DNA of 64,000 nucleotides from a virus. The stretch's first letter is position 1. Each line of letters begins with the position of its first letter. The DNA is taken from positions 1 to 64,000 of the IMG/VR virus record IMGVR_UViG_3300036766_001333; one strand, written 5' to 3'. Below the pieces are notes generated by a model, which had not been told where the DNA came from, searched no databases, and saw only the letters and a list, made by a program, of their open reading frames with translations. Of the stretch, positions 19,551 to 30,036 are shown one piece after another. Both the position numbers and the translations under genes were made by a program.

Positions 19551-20953
19551 AACTTATCAATCATTATTTCTACATTTTCATATTCCCAATATGGAATAAT
19601 TAATAAATGAATGTTATTTTTGACACACCAATTTTTCTTTATTTTATCTTTTAATTTAATTAATTTAAAATTATCAATAGCTTTTTTGTTGGTCCATTTT
19701 TTGCCAGCAAATTTTATAGGCTTGTAATGTTGTTCTCCATTGTATTCTATTAAAAATAAATTTTCTTCTTTTTGGTTTTTAATTAAAAAATCAAATGGCA
19801 ATTTGCGTTTGTATGTACATGATTTAAATGATGCCTGTCTTGTAAAAATTAAGTTTTTTCTGGACAAATGTTCTCTTATTTTTATTTCTCCTTTAGATTC
19901 ATTGCATATAGGACAATTTTCTCCGTTACCTTTATTTTGAGTTCTATAAGATATCTTGGCCGACCACTCATGTCCTTTATTGCATTGCCACCAAACCAGC
20001 TTTCCAGAATGGGCAGAATAATCATTAGGAGTAGAAATGCCATTTTTTTTAAGATGCCATTCGGCAGCTATTTTAGGGAAAATAACAGCAAGAGAATTTG
20101 TCATATTAACTCTTAATCCTCTGCAATATGGACAATCATTTTTACCACTAGTTCTAGTGTTAATTGTCGCATCCCATTCATGCCCACATATACCTAACCA
20201 CCAAACTTTTTTATGGGAACTAAAACTAACTTGATAAGGAGTTAATTTGTTTTTAATTGGATGCCATTGTTTAGCAATTTCGGGGCTTAAAGTAGCCAGA
20301 CAGTTAGATAAAACTACTTTTCTTCCACAACAACATGGGCATCCTCGATTCCCATTTTTTCTAGTCCTATCGTTAGGACTGGCTTCCCATTCATGGTCCG
20401 AGGCATCACCGCACTTCCACCAAAATTTCTTCATTGATCCAGAAAATATATCATATGGGGTAAATTTCCCATTCTTAGTTGGATGCCACTGCGATACAAG
20501 GCAGGGATATTTAGTTGCCAAACAATTCGAAATATCAATTTTCCTATTGGTACAATATGGACATTTTGAATCGTTAGCACTTCGCTCATAAACTGCCGCT
20601 TCCCATTCATGCCCACACATTCCCATCCACCAAACCTTTTTACTTGATTTAATAGAAATATTAAATGGATTTAAATTGTTTTTAGTTTGGTGCCATTCTT
20701 TAATAAGGTCAGGTCGTAAAATTGCCAAACAATTAGATAGTGAAACTTTATTTTTAGAGCAAAAAGGACAACCAGTGCCTTTCCCTATTCTTCCATCTGG
20801 TGTTGCTAGCCATTCATGGTCTATTCCATTAAAACACCGCCACCAGTATTTATTATTACTTCTATGTGCTATTTCTTCAAATTTTACATCACCATTTTTA
20901 GTAGGATGCCACTCTTTTAACAATTCTGGATAGTCATTTAATGTTTTTCCCAT
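19349..20953 (-). CDS. zinc-ribbon repeat (DUF4379-like) homing-type endonuclease with C-terminal Vsr/DUF559-like domain
   Basis: Five WH..KN...WW.C/G...HEW...CP.C repeats; SKGE, LPFDF, IEYNGEQHY, LLIIPYWE. Confidence 0.8.
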   Translation of the reverse strand: MGKTLNDYPELLKEWHPTKNGDVKFEEIAHRSNNKYWWRCFNGIDHEWLATPDGRIGKGTGCPFCSKNKVSLSNCLAILRPDLIKEWHQTKNNLNPFNISIKSSKKVWWMGMCGHEWEAAVYERSANDSKCPYCTNRKIDISNCLATKYPCLVSQWHPTKNGKFTPYDIFSGSMKKFWWKCGDASDHEWEASPNDRTRKNGNRGCPCCCGRKVVLSNCLATLSPEIAKQWHPIKNKLTPYQVSFSSHKKVWWLGICGHEWDATINTRTSGKNDCPYCRGLRVNMTNSLAVIFPKIAAEWHLKKNGISTPNDYSAHSGKLVWWQCNKGHEWSAKISYRTQNKGNGENCPICNESKGEIKIREHLSRKNLIFTRQASFKSCTYKRKLPFDFLIKNQKEENLFLIEYNGEQHYKPIKFAGKKWTNKKAIDNFKLIKLKDKIKKNWCVKNNIHLLIIPYWEYENVEIMIDKFYKSLAMPSHGIDGKELAKTCVEAFMPVAAVTNSGIGCTATTTGNTHGVPLSSPSYGPQSLPANNNI

Positions 20954-21033
20954 AAGTATTTCTCAAATATAATCTATATTAACTAAATAGATTATATAAT
21001 AATATCTTTTAAAATCAAGAGAATTTAGGAAAA

Positions 21034-21429
21034 ATGCAGACATTCAAAGGAATAGAATATCCTATAAAGAAACATCCACATGGTTATTTCCATAGCACTG
21101 ATGATATTTCTCAAATAAAATCTAATATAAAAACCATTATGTTAACTGCATTTGGAGAAAGGGTGCATGAACCTCATTTTGGAAATCCATTAAGTAGATT
21201 AAAGTTAAATGAACCTCCCGAACTTTTATATGATAAAATTAAAAATGGAATAGCTTTAGCCATTAAAAAATGGGAAAAAAGAGTTCAGGTTTTAGATATA
21301 GAACTAAGCACGGAAACTGCTGAAAAATTCGATTATTTAAAAATAGTAATAACATTCACTGATCCTTCCACATTACAAACAACACATAGCGTAACAGTGA
21401 ATATACCGCTTGGAGAAAATAATGAGTGA
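21034..21429 (+). CDS. gp25-like baseplate wedge / sheath initiator
   Basis: IKSNIKTIMLT..GERV..P.FG...I..AI.KWEKRV. Confidence 0.9.
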   Translation: MQTFKGIEYPIKKHPHGYFHSTDDISQIKSNIKTIMLTAFGERVHEPHFGNPLSRLKLNEPPELLYDKIKNGIALAIKKWEKRVQVLDIELSTETAEKFDYLKIVITFTDPSTLQTTHSVTVNIPLGENNE

Positions 21430-23002
21430 AAATTGTCCATTTGATGTAACGCCTTATAAAAATGCTAAAGATGACAGAAATTCTGTTATTTATAATTTAA
21501 ACTACACTAGTCAAGATTATTGGTCGTTAAAGTCTAGAATGTTAGAAATGATAAAAGAAAAATTTTCAAATGATTTTAATGATATAACTGAAGCCTCATT
21601 AGGACTTATGATAGTTGAATTATATGCATTCGTTGCGGATTTATTATCATTTAAAATAGATCAAATAGCTAATGAAGTGTACATAGATTCGGTAACTGAA
21701 CTAGAAAATGCATTCAGAATATCAAAGTTAGTAGGATTTAAACCATTGCCTCCAGTACCAGCCAGAACAATGTTGGTTGCTAAAATAAACAATCCATATT
21801 CTCACGACATTATAATTAAAACTCCAATTTTATTAGGATACAATTTAGGAAGTGCTAATAATGACTTTACATTTGAGGCATATGCTGCTGACTCTAATGG
21901 CAATCCTATTTTTAATGAAGATATTATTATACTTTCTGGGCAGCTATCAAACAGATCAATAGTTGCAATTGAGGGACGCACTTTTACTTCTAATTTTGAA
22001 TCGACAGGCGAGCCGTGGCAACAGCATGAGATTTCAAGAGATTCAGTATTATTTAACTCTATCAGAATAATAGTCGATGGTCAACATTGGGATAAAGTAG
22101 AATACTTCTCAAACAGTCCTAAACCAGAATTCAGAATAGAATACAAATATGATTATAAACCTACAATTCTTTTGGGAGATGGATTAACAGGTCTTGTGCC
22201 CATGAAGGGATCAAAAGTATTTGTTTCTTATAGAACTGGTACGGGATCAAATGGCAATATAATTACAGGAGCAATTGACCAAAATGTTCATGTTAATGTA
22301 GATGGTCTAGATTTTCCAGTAATAGTAAATTTCAATAATTACACAAAAGGATTGTATGGATATGGCGGTGACACTATTGAAGACATTAGAAGAAAACTCC
22401 CTACATATCTTAAAACACAAGATAGGGCAGTTACAGGTGCCGATTACAAAGCTATAATAGAGCAATTTAGTACTCAAAACAATGGCACGGTGGGTAAAGC
22501 AACTGTATCTCTAAGAAATCATGGATGTTCTGGAAATATTATTGATGTTCACATATTAGCCAGAAATAACAATGAATTAGTTGAGCCTAATGAAAATCTT
22601 AAAAATGAATTAATTCAAGAACTTGAAACTAAAAAAATGTTTACAGATTTTATTTGTATAAAATCTGGAACCATATCCTTAGTAGATGTTCACATAGATA
22701 TATTTTTAGACCGATCTCTAAAGAAATATGAGGATAGTATCAAAGAAAAAACAGATAGGAGAATAAAGCATTTCTTTTCAATATATAATTGGGAATTTGG
22801 TCAGACTTTAAGAGAAGCAGATATTATTAAAATTTTAGCCGATATAAAAGAAATTAAAAGAATAGAGTTGAATTTTACTACTGCTAAAAACTTAGAATCA
22901 GGAGATGGTCACAGTCAAACAATAACCGCACATCATAATGAAATTATAAGGCCGGATAACATTAATATAGCTTTTAATTATCAAAATATTGGAGAAACAT
23001 AA
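21422..23002 (+). CDS. baseplate wedge subunit (gp6 / P2 gpJ-like)
   Basis: YTSQDY.SLK, D.LSFKID..ANE.YI, LGDG..G..P, YRTG.G..GN, QDRAVT..DY. Confidence 0.9.
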   Translation: MSENCPFDVTPYKNAKDDRNSVIYNLNYTSQDYWSLKSRMLEMIKEKFSNDFNDITEASLGLMIVELYAFVADLLSFKIDQIANEVYIDSVTELENAFRISKLVGFKPLPPVPARTMLVAKINNPYSHDIIIKTPILLGYNLGSANNDFTFEAYAADSNGNPIFNEDIIILSGQLSNRSIVAIEGRTFTSNFESTGEPWQQHEISRDSVLFNSIRIIVDGQHWDKVEYFSNSPKPEFRIEYKYDYKPTILLGDGLTGLVPMKGSKVFVSYRTGTGSNGNIITGAIDQNVHVNVDGLDFPVIVNFNNYTKGLYGYGGDTIEDIRRKLPTYLKTQDRAVTGADYKAIIEQFSTQNNGTVGKATVSLRNHGCSGNIIDVHILARNNNELVEPNENLKNELIQELETKKMFTDFICIKSGTISLVDVHIDIFLDRSLKKYEDSIKEKTDRRIKHFFSIYNWEFGQTLREADIIKILADIKEIKRIELNFTTAKNLESGDGHSQTITAHHNEIIRPDNINIAFNYQNIGET

Positions 23003-24743
23003 AGTGACTGTTAAAAAACTTACTGATAAGCCAACTATTAATGACACGATTGTAGTAGATTTATATACTCCTGGTCCATCTATAGATTCAAACCCGTACT
23101 CTATAGAAAGTGTATTAATTTATTTTATAGAAGTTGATAGAATTAATAATTATCAATTTATTAAAAATGAAAATGCTTTTTATTACAAAGACGCTCAACT
23201 TGTATGGCGAGCAAGTAAGCCAAAAACTATAGCATGGACTGTGGAAGAACCGTCAAAAGGTTTAACTAATTTACTTACAGAGAAAGGGCAGGCTAAACTA
23301 GGACATTTTGGATTCATATGGCAGCCAAAAACATTAAGAGAAGGAAATTATGTAGTTCATTGGACTTGGAAGCCTACTAATGAATCAAAAATTAAATCTG
23401 CTTATAAATCTTTTTCTTTATTTTCTGATCGAACTGCTAGAACAAGTTCCACTGGAAGGTATACCGTACCAGATAAATATGAAATGTTGTTAAGCAAATA
23501 TCTCCCAAATGTTTACAAAGTTCAAATAGTAAAAGATGACTTAACCCCATATGTTTTAAAAAATTTTAATGCCTGTGTAGCTCAAGGATTTACAGAATTA
23601 GAAGATTTGGCCAATCAATTAATTGAAATTCTTGATGCCGATTTAACTCATCATGTTTTTTTGCCTATATTAGCTAATATGTTTAACATAAGGCTGAAAA
23701 CCGATGACGTGTGTTTGTGGCGAAGACAAATTAGCCAAGCAATTCCTACTTTCAAGAAAAAAGGAACTTATGAAGGATTAAAGCAAGCATTAGATCAAAT
23801 TGAGGTCAGTTTAAACAAAATTACAAGGTTGTGGCAATGCGTTTCCAAATACTATTGGACTGAATCCTTTCAAATAACACAAGATACTGATAATAAATAT
23901 TCAGATGATTTCGGCTTTATTATTGGCACATTAATCAATAAACCTTTTGATAATGAAATAGAAGTATCAATTAGACCTTCAGGGGCTAAAGATTATACAA
24001 GAGTTTCAAAAAATTACATATCTTTCTTGCCATGCCTACAACCTACTGATCCTATTACAGTTATATGGCATAAAGAAGCTATTGATCCAGAAATTAATTT
24101 ATTTGCTGGAGATATTGTAAAAATTACTTATAAATTACAGGAAGTGCCACCACATTATGAAGATATTGAAAAATATATAAATGATCTTCCTACTGCCGAT
24201 CAAAGAGATGAATCATTACAAAAACATCCTATAAAAAATTGGAATATAAAATTAATTGAAGAAACTGATCCTATGTTCGAGAGAATTGTATCAGAGAAAC
24301 ATCCATTTCAACCAATTTTAACTTATGGCAAAATAAGAACTAAGTTTTTATTTAGTGAGAACACATATAACATGGATACATACAATGGAAGTTTAAGAGA
24401 CTCCCATATTCCATGCGATATAGACAAAGATTTCTTAGATTCTTGTTCTTTGTGTTTAAGCAGTAGTTTTAATGTAGATTTAGATGTAAAAAATTTAGAT
24501 GAAGATAAATTATTAGAAATTAAAAATATAATTCAAGAATATTCACCATTTCATGCAATTCTACACTCAATGTATATTAAGAACACAGTGAAGGAATTTG
24601 TTCTATCTCCCACTGAAGATATTAATTCGTCTATTAAAGCAAATAACCGACCTGATGAGTTCAAAGAAGTCATTAAGCAAGAAGAAACCATAAGATTTAA
24701 AATAAAATACAAAGATGGACGAGTAGAAGAAGGTAAAATATGA
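22989..24743 (+). CDS. baseplate/tail protein (gp7 / P2 gpI-like)
   Basis: FLPILA....I.L...WRRQI..A...FKKKGT..GL and C-terminal PFHA motif; follows baseplate J. Confidence 0.65.
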   Translation: MEKHKVTVKKLTDKPTINDTIVVDLYTPGPSIDSNPYSIESVLIYFIEVDRINNYQFIKNENAFYYKDAQLVWRASKPKTIAWTVEEPSKGLTNLLTEKGQAKLGHFGFIWQPKTLREGNYVVHWTWKPTNESKIKSAYKSFSLFSDRTARTSSTGRYTVPDKYEMLLSKYLPNVYKVQIVKDDLTPYVLKNFNACVAQGFTELEDLANQLIEILDADLTHHVFLPILANMFNIRLKTDDVCLWRRQISQAIPTFKKKGTYEGLKQALDQIEVSLNKITRLWQCVSKYYWTESFQITQDTDNKYSDDFGFIIGTLINKPFDNEIEVSIRPSGAKDYTRVSKNYISFLPCLQPTDPITVIWHKEAIDPEINLFAGDIVKITYKLQEVPPHYEDIEKYINDLPTADQRDESLQKHPIKNWNIKLIEETDPMFERIVSEKHPFQPILTYGKIRTKFLFSENTYNMDTYNGSLRDSHIPCDIDKDFLDSCSLCLSSSFNVDLDVKNLDEDKLLEIKNIIQEYSPFHAILHSMYIKNTVKEFVLSPTEDINSSIKANNRPDEFKEVIKQEETIRFKIKYKDGRVEEGKI

Positions 24744-25183
24744 TAGATAAAGCTCAAATTCTTGGATCAATTAAAAAAACTACCAAATATAAAGATGGAC
24801 GAGTAGAAATAGACCAATTTTGGAATATGATATTAAAAACTGGCAAAAATACAATGGCTAATCTTTTGACGAACCAAGAAGATAATTTATTCATTACCAA
24901 TATGCTTTTTGGAGATGGAGGAGTAGACCAAGAATTAACGCCTGACCAAACAAGTTTATTTGGAATCACAAGAGTTAATAAAAAGGTAATAGCTCAAGTG
25001 GCAGACGAAACGAGTGCTAGTTTTACAGCAACTATCGGATTTAATGATGCAAATGGTTATACTTTGAATGAAATGGCTTTAATGTTGAATAATGAACGGT
25101 TATACAGCATGGCCCTATTCCCAGGTTTCACTAAAACGGAACAAATAGAAATAATTTGGGAATGGCAGTTGTTAATGCTATGA
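24740..25183 (+). CDS. tail/baseplate collar-like protein
   Basis: N.I...G...I..M.FGDGG...F.A.I....ANG..LNE..L...K.....I.W pattern of tail-collar N-terminal domains. Confidence 0.5.
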   Translation: MIDKAQILGSIKKTTKYKDGRVEIDQFWNMILKTGKNTMANLLTNQEDNLFITNMLFGDGGVDQELTPDQTSLFGITRVNKKVIAQVADETSASFTATIGFNDANGYTLNEMALMLNNERLYSMALFPGFTKTEQIEIIWEWQLLML

Positions 25184-25208
25184 ACTCTCACATAATATCG
25201 CCGATTAA

Positions 25209-25751
25209 ATGAATAATTCATATAAGCAAAAAAATATTAAGTTCGGATTTGTCGTTCTATCGCCAGAATGTAATATAAAACCTTTAATTACAACTATTAA
25301 TTCTATAAAAACTTATTCTTCTACCAGCAAATCAATTTGTGTGTTTTCTAAAAATTGCTCCCCAAAAATTTTAGAAGATGCAAAACAATATTGCCCTGCA
25401 CATATAAGCGAAAACTCCATTACATCTATGATAAATTATGGACTCAATAATGCTCCATGCGAAGAATGGAATTTTATTATAATAAGTGGGAGTTGGCTGA
25501 CGAACCGTTTTACCGATAAGTTTTCTTGTTTTATAGAAAATTCCAAAGATATATTATTTCCTTTGGTTAATAAAAAAATGAATTTTGTAGACGGAACTAT
25601 AAATGGGATGCTTATACAAAAAAGTGCTTTTAAAGATATAGGAGAGTTTCCAGAAGAGGGTTCATTGGAAGTTAATAAATCATTTTGGGGATCAACAGCA
25701 GTAGTAAAAGGATATAAATTCAAAGCAATTTTAGGAATAAAACTAAATTAA
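25209..25751 (+). CDS. hypothetical protein, degenerate GT-A-like fold
   Basis: L..TI.SI, IN.GL..A, F..IG.F resemble a GT2 scaffold, but no DxD. Confidence 0.4.
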   Translation: MNNSYKQKNIKFGFVVLSPECNIKPLITTINSIKTYSSTSKSICVFSKNCSPKILEDAKQYCPAHISENSITSMINYGLNNAPCEEWNFIIISGSWLTNRFTDKFSCFIENSKDILFPLVNKKMNFVDGTINGMLIQKSAFKDIGEFPEEGSLEVNKSFWGSTAVVKGYKFKAILGIKLN

Positions 25752-26258
25752 ATTATAAGTATACCACCAACGATTATTGCCTTTATGTTGACCTGAATTT
25801 ACTTCTCGTAAATAAGAATACAAGCATCCCCAATTATCAAACATAAAATCTACAGGAATAAATCCATAAAACCACACAGGAATTTTTTCCTTGCCACCAT
25901 CTGAAACCAGAAGGACAGGTTTTTTGGCATTATTACTTTGAATAATCTCATGAGTAGTACCGAATGTTGAAACCTTATAAGGGAGATAAGCTACAAGAAA
26001 ATCAGCACGATCACACATTGATAAATCCTTTCTGACAAAGGATTTAGCTATTTTAGCCAAAACATCATAGTCTTTCTTTTCCTGTGCGTCTTTTATTGGT
26101 TGCCGCCATTGTTGCAGAGGATCACTAAATGGGTCATATAAATTTAATTTAAATTTTTTAGTTAAAACCTCTGTGGGAGCAGTACGCCAATTGCGATTGG
26201 TACTATCGAATTCGATTGGGCCAGATAAATAGCATCGCTTGCCTTCTAAAATAGTCAT
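25743..26258 (-). CDS. nucleoside 2-deoxyribosyltransferase-like protein
   Basis: CYLSGPI, WR, DL..CDRAD.LVA, STFGTTHEI, KPV. Confidence 0.75.
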   Translation of the reverse strand: MTILEGKRCYLSGPIEFDSTNRNWRTAPTEVLTKKFKLNLYDPFSDPLQQWRQPIKDAQEKKDYDVLAKIAKSFVRKDLSMCDRADFLVAYLPYKVSTFGTTHEIIQSNNAKKPVLLVSDGGKEKIPVWFYGFIPVDFMFDNWGCLYSYLREVNSGQHKGNNRWWYTYNLI

Positions 26259-26299
26259 TTTTTAACTCCTATAGATCAATATTAATAAAAGGAGGAATT

Positions 26300-26995
26300 A
26301 TGTCAATAGATGTGGTTAAAATAAACAAGATGCTTCAAAAGCTGCCAGAGGCCAGGCACAGTTATTTCCAGATGAAATATTTTATCATAGGTAAGGAGCC
26401 TACAGTACAAGCTCAATTATGGAAATGTCTAAGAGAACTTAAAGTAAAAAAAGATGCAATGGATTCTATCTACTTAGAAATGGAGGACTTAAAGGATCAA
26501 ATAGAATTATTGACTATTCATATAGAGAGAGAAGAAATTCAATATACATTCACAGATGTAAGCAATACCAAATTAATAGACCTTGCAAATCAAGAAAAAG
26601 CTATAAAAATTAGACAAAATCAAAGAAAAGAAAGAATTTTAAAATCCGCACTGGCTAAATGTGAGGAAAATTTGAAATATCTAGAGCAAGAAACTAGATT
26701 TTTCATTCAAACATATGAGGCTTTAGAGAAAATAGAGCCACTCAAAGATTACGATGATGAAATAGCCCAAAAAGAGTATTGGAATGAAAAACTTTCACAA
26801 GAAGTTGGACTCAAAATCTTATTACAACAACCCATAGATATAGAAGTAGCCAAAACAGTGCTTGCCTTGCATGATGATGCCCCAATTAAATTACGAGTAG
26901 TTAAATTGTTGAATGACACTCATGCTAGGCTAGAAAAAAATAATGCAATTAAAAAGGAGGCAAATGTATCGAGCATCGAATCTAAAAGGAGTTAA
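26300..26995 (+). CDS. hypothetical coiled-coil protein
   Basis: ORF with strong AAGGAGG ribosome-binding site. Confidence 0.65.
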   Translation: MSIDVVKINKMLQKLPEARHSYFQMKYFIIGKEPTVQAQLWKCLRELKVKKDAMDSIYLEMEDLKDQIELLTIHIEREEIQYTFTDVSNTKLIDLANQEKAIKIRQNQRKERILKSALAKCEENLKYLEQETRFFIQTYEALEKIEPLKDYDDEIAQKEYWNEKLSQEVGLKILLQQPIDIEVAKTVLALHDDAPIKLRVVKLLNDTHARLEKNNAIKKEANVSSIESKRS

Positions 26996-27000
26996 AATCA

Positions 27001-27984
27001 ATGGTTAACAAAGTTTCTTCACACACACCAGGATACAAACACGGTATCCTCTCTGTATTTCCGCATGGTAAAGACAGTAAACTAACTTTATACGAAGCCA
27101 AAAATAATGCTGAAACCACTTTAAAACAAAGTCTATCCTTAAACAGTAAATATATAATTTTAGAAGACGCCAATAACTTTCCAGACACAGGATTAATTAA
27201 AATAAATTTAGATAATAAAGAGTCTTCAGAGGTAGTATATTATGCAAGGAAAATAGGAAATCAACTTCACTCACTTCACAGGGCATTCAATGGATTCAAG
27301 CAAAGTAACTGGCCTGCTGGCAGTAAAGTTTCATGCCCTGTAATGGCTGACCACCATAATGCTCTAAAAGATGCCATTATAAAAATTCAGAAAACCTTAG
27401 GATTAGCAATAAATCCAGACTCAGAATCAATAAACAGACATTTAAAGAAGTTAGAAAACAAATGGTTGTCTCCAAAAATTGCTTTTAAAGCCTATCCAAC
27501 ATCAGGATCAGCACCATTAACTGTTAGATTTCAAAATTTTTCTGGAGGCTATGGCACGAAATTCTTATGGGATTTTGGAGACGGACAGACCTCCATAGAG
27601 AAAAATCCCACTCACATTTTCGAAAATGAAGGTATTTATAGAATTAAATTAAATCTAATGTCGGCAAACAACGCACATGGATTAGCAGAAAAGCCAAATT
27701 ACATAGAAGTAAATAATTCAATATTTCCATCATATTTCTATGGTTATCCGAAAGAAGGACAAATTGGAACAGAATTCACTTTTGTAGATCAAACTCAAGG
27801 AGATGTGCTTGAAAGACATTGGTTTTTTACAGATGGATGTGACGAAACAGTATCAAATCCAGATATCCATACTATAAATCATATTTTTAATAAGACAGGC
27901 TTTTATATGCCTCAATTAATGGTCAGAATGAAAAATGGAAAAATAAGAACAATAAATATATTAGAAGGAGTAAATGTATTATGA
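27001..27984 (+). CDS. PKD-domain virion/fibre protein
   Basis: SGSAPLTVRF, WDFGDG, NPTH.F...G.Y; second PKD-like domain. Confidence 0.8.
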   Translation: MVNKVSSHTPGYKHGILSVFPHGKDSKLTLYEAKNNAETTLKQSLSLNSKYIILEDANNFPDTGLIKINLDNKESSEVVYYARKIGNQLHSLHRAFNGFKQSNWPAGSKVSCPVMADHHNALKDAIIKIQKTLGLAINPDSESINRHLKKLENKWLSPKIAFKAYPTSGSAPLTVRFQNFSGGYGTKFLWDFGDGQTSIEKNPTHIFENEGIYRIKLNLMSANNAHGLAEKPNYIEVNNSIFPSYFYGYPKEGQIGTEFTFVDQTQGDVLERHWFFTDGCDETVSNPDIHTINHIFNKTGFYMPQLMVRMKNGKIRTINILEGVNVL

Positions 27985-30008
27985 TGCCTCAAGGAAGTAA
28001 TTATCCAAGTCAATTCGATGATGAAAAAAATTTGCTTATAGCACATGATTCTTTACAAGTAACTTTAAAAAGAGATCATTACATAGGAGAAAATTTTGTT
28101 TTAGTGGATGGAGATACAAATAAATTTCCTGAAAATGGAATTATAACTTTAACAGACCAATGCAGTGATCCAAATGACCGATCAGTATCTTTCTATTATG
28201 GTAAAAAAAACAAAGAAGGATTCTTTGAATTAGAATTACTTCCAGAAAGTAGAGATGTTTTTAAATCCAAAAAACTCACTACTGTTTCTCAGCAAGTAAT
28301 GGCCGAATACCATGAAATCATTAAAAATTCAATTATAGCTATTGAAGAATTCATGGGGACAAGAAACACTATAGATACACAACCTAATGGCTCAACTATA
28401 TTTGGCAGGATTAATTTCTTAAGAAATCTTCTGTATGCACCTAAAGCATGGTTTGAAGCAGACAAAGTATTAGGACTTGCTCCATTAACAATCAAATTTA
28501 AAAGTGTGAGTAGTGGAAAAGATATTATATGCGACTGGAATTTTGGAGATGGCACTGAAGATCAAACAATAAATCCTGAAATTATTAAAATATATACTGA
28601 GCCTGGAATATATGACGTTAGTTTAACTGTAAGTAATGCATTTGGATCAGATAATGTAATATTTCAGAAAATGATACAAGTTAAAGCAGAAGCTCCTGAA
28701 GAGGCTTTTATTGAATTTACTCCTAGCGAAAATCAAATATTAGATGCTCAACAAAAATTAAGAACTTCAATAAATGAAATTATAAATCTAGAAGTTCCAC
28801 AAGGCATAAGCCCCAAAAATGCGACAAAAAGATATTCGGGAGAGGCAGTTAATGATGAACAACAACCTTTAAATGCCATTACTAAATACACTTGGAACCT
28901 GAGTGATGATTTGCCACATGATAATCTTCCAAAAACTGTAGCATCTTATAGTATAGGCGGATTATATGATGCCATATTAAGAGTAGATACTAAATTTGGG
29001 ACTTATAGAACTACAATAATGCCCAAGTCTATTGACGTTATTGAATTTATAAATCTATGGCTGTGGACAAAAACTGACAGTGCCTATTCCGCACATGAAT
29101 TTGGCCTTATATGTGAAACTTTTAAATCAAATTATAATATACCACTAATTATAAATAGAAATAATGATTCTTTAATTTCTGACAGGTCAAAAAAAGAGTT
29201 TCAATTTAACAATGGTTTTGCTCCTAAAAATAATTCTTCTGGACACAAAGGTAATGTTTTACTTTTTTGGGCTAGCGATGAGAACAAGATTGAATTTGTT
29301 GAATATAACGCTTTTTTAGATACATATAATTTTTCAATAAATCCAATGACTCGACCTTGGAATTGGGTGTCCCTAATATCCCCAACCACCATATATTTTA
29401 TATTAGGAACGACAGAAGGATTGCCGCCACCAACGACTTCTCCTACAAATCAAACCAAAACCTGTTTTAGTATAGGAGATGGATTTACAAAAAATGAACC
29501 GCTTACTTATCTAAACGGGGCACATGAATTAGGTAAAAATGCAGTTACTTATGATAAATATGGTGAACCAACTGAGGGGCATTTTAGTATCTATAGAACT
29601 GCTTGGAAAGATCAATCTGGCTATCTTTTAAGAAGTAGCGATCAAGGAAACTTAAGTAATTTTTATAAGACAGAAGGAACTTTAGGCTATCCTTTTATAA
29701 ATTTAACAAAATTAGTAGACATGCCACATCTAAATAACAAAGACGGCCAAATGGTATCTTTAAGTGAGGGCATATATTTCTTTGGCAGTACAGGTACAGT
29801 AGCCGCTTTTAAAGATACAACCGGAACTTGGGAAGTCGGACCACAAGCTAACATAAATAATGAATTTATATTGGCTACATCAGACGGAGATAAAAGGGCT
29901 TATTTAACTACTAAGGATAAATTAATAAAATTTAATGAAGTAGATTTAACATTTACAACAATAGCGTCAATTCCTGGAACGGAACAATGGTTAATTGGCG
30001 TGTATTAA
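27981..30008 (+). CDS. PKD-domain virion/fibre protein
   Basis: GLAPLTIKF, WNFGDG, Y..PG.YDVSLTV; N-terminal domain shared with neighbours. Confidence 0.8.
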   Translation: MMPQGSNYPSQFDDEKNLLIAHDSLQVTLKRDHYIGENFVLVDGDTNKFPENGIITLTDQCSDPNDRSVSFYYGKKNKEGFFELELLPESRDVFKSKKLTTVSQQVMAEYHEIIKNSIIAIEEFMGTRNTIDTQPNGSTIFGRINFLRNLLYAPKAWFEADKVLGLAPLTIKFKSVSSGKDIICDWNFGDGTEDQTINPEIIKIYTEPGIYDVSLTVSNAFGSDNVIFQKMIQVKAEAPEEAFIEFTPSENQILDAQQKLRTSINEIINLEVPQGISPKNATKRYSGEAVNDEQQPLNAITKYTWNLSDDLPHDNLPKTVASYSIGGLYDAILRVDTKFGTYRTTIMPKSIDVIEFINLWLWTKTDSAYSAHEFGLICETFKSNYNIPLIINRNNDSLISDRSKKEFQFNNGFAPKNNSSGHKGNVLLFWASDENKIEFVEYNAFLDTYNFSINPMTRPWNWVSLISPTTIYFILGTTEGLPPPTTSPTNQTKTCFSIGDGFTKNEPLTYLNGAHELGKNAVTYDKYGEPTEGHFSIYRTAWKDQSGYLLRSSDQGNLSNFYKTEGTLGYPFINLTKLVDMPHLNNKDGQMVSLSEGIYFFGSTGTVAAFKDTTGTWEVGPQANINNEFILATSDGDKRAYLTTKDKLIKFNEVDLTFTTIASIPGTEQWLIGVY

Positions 30009-30036
30009 ATCCAACATTTGTTTTTATATATATTTT

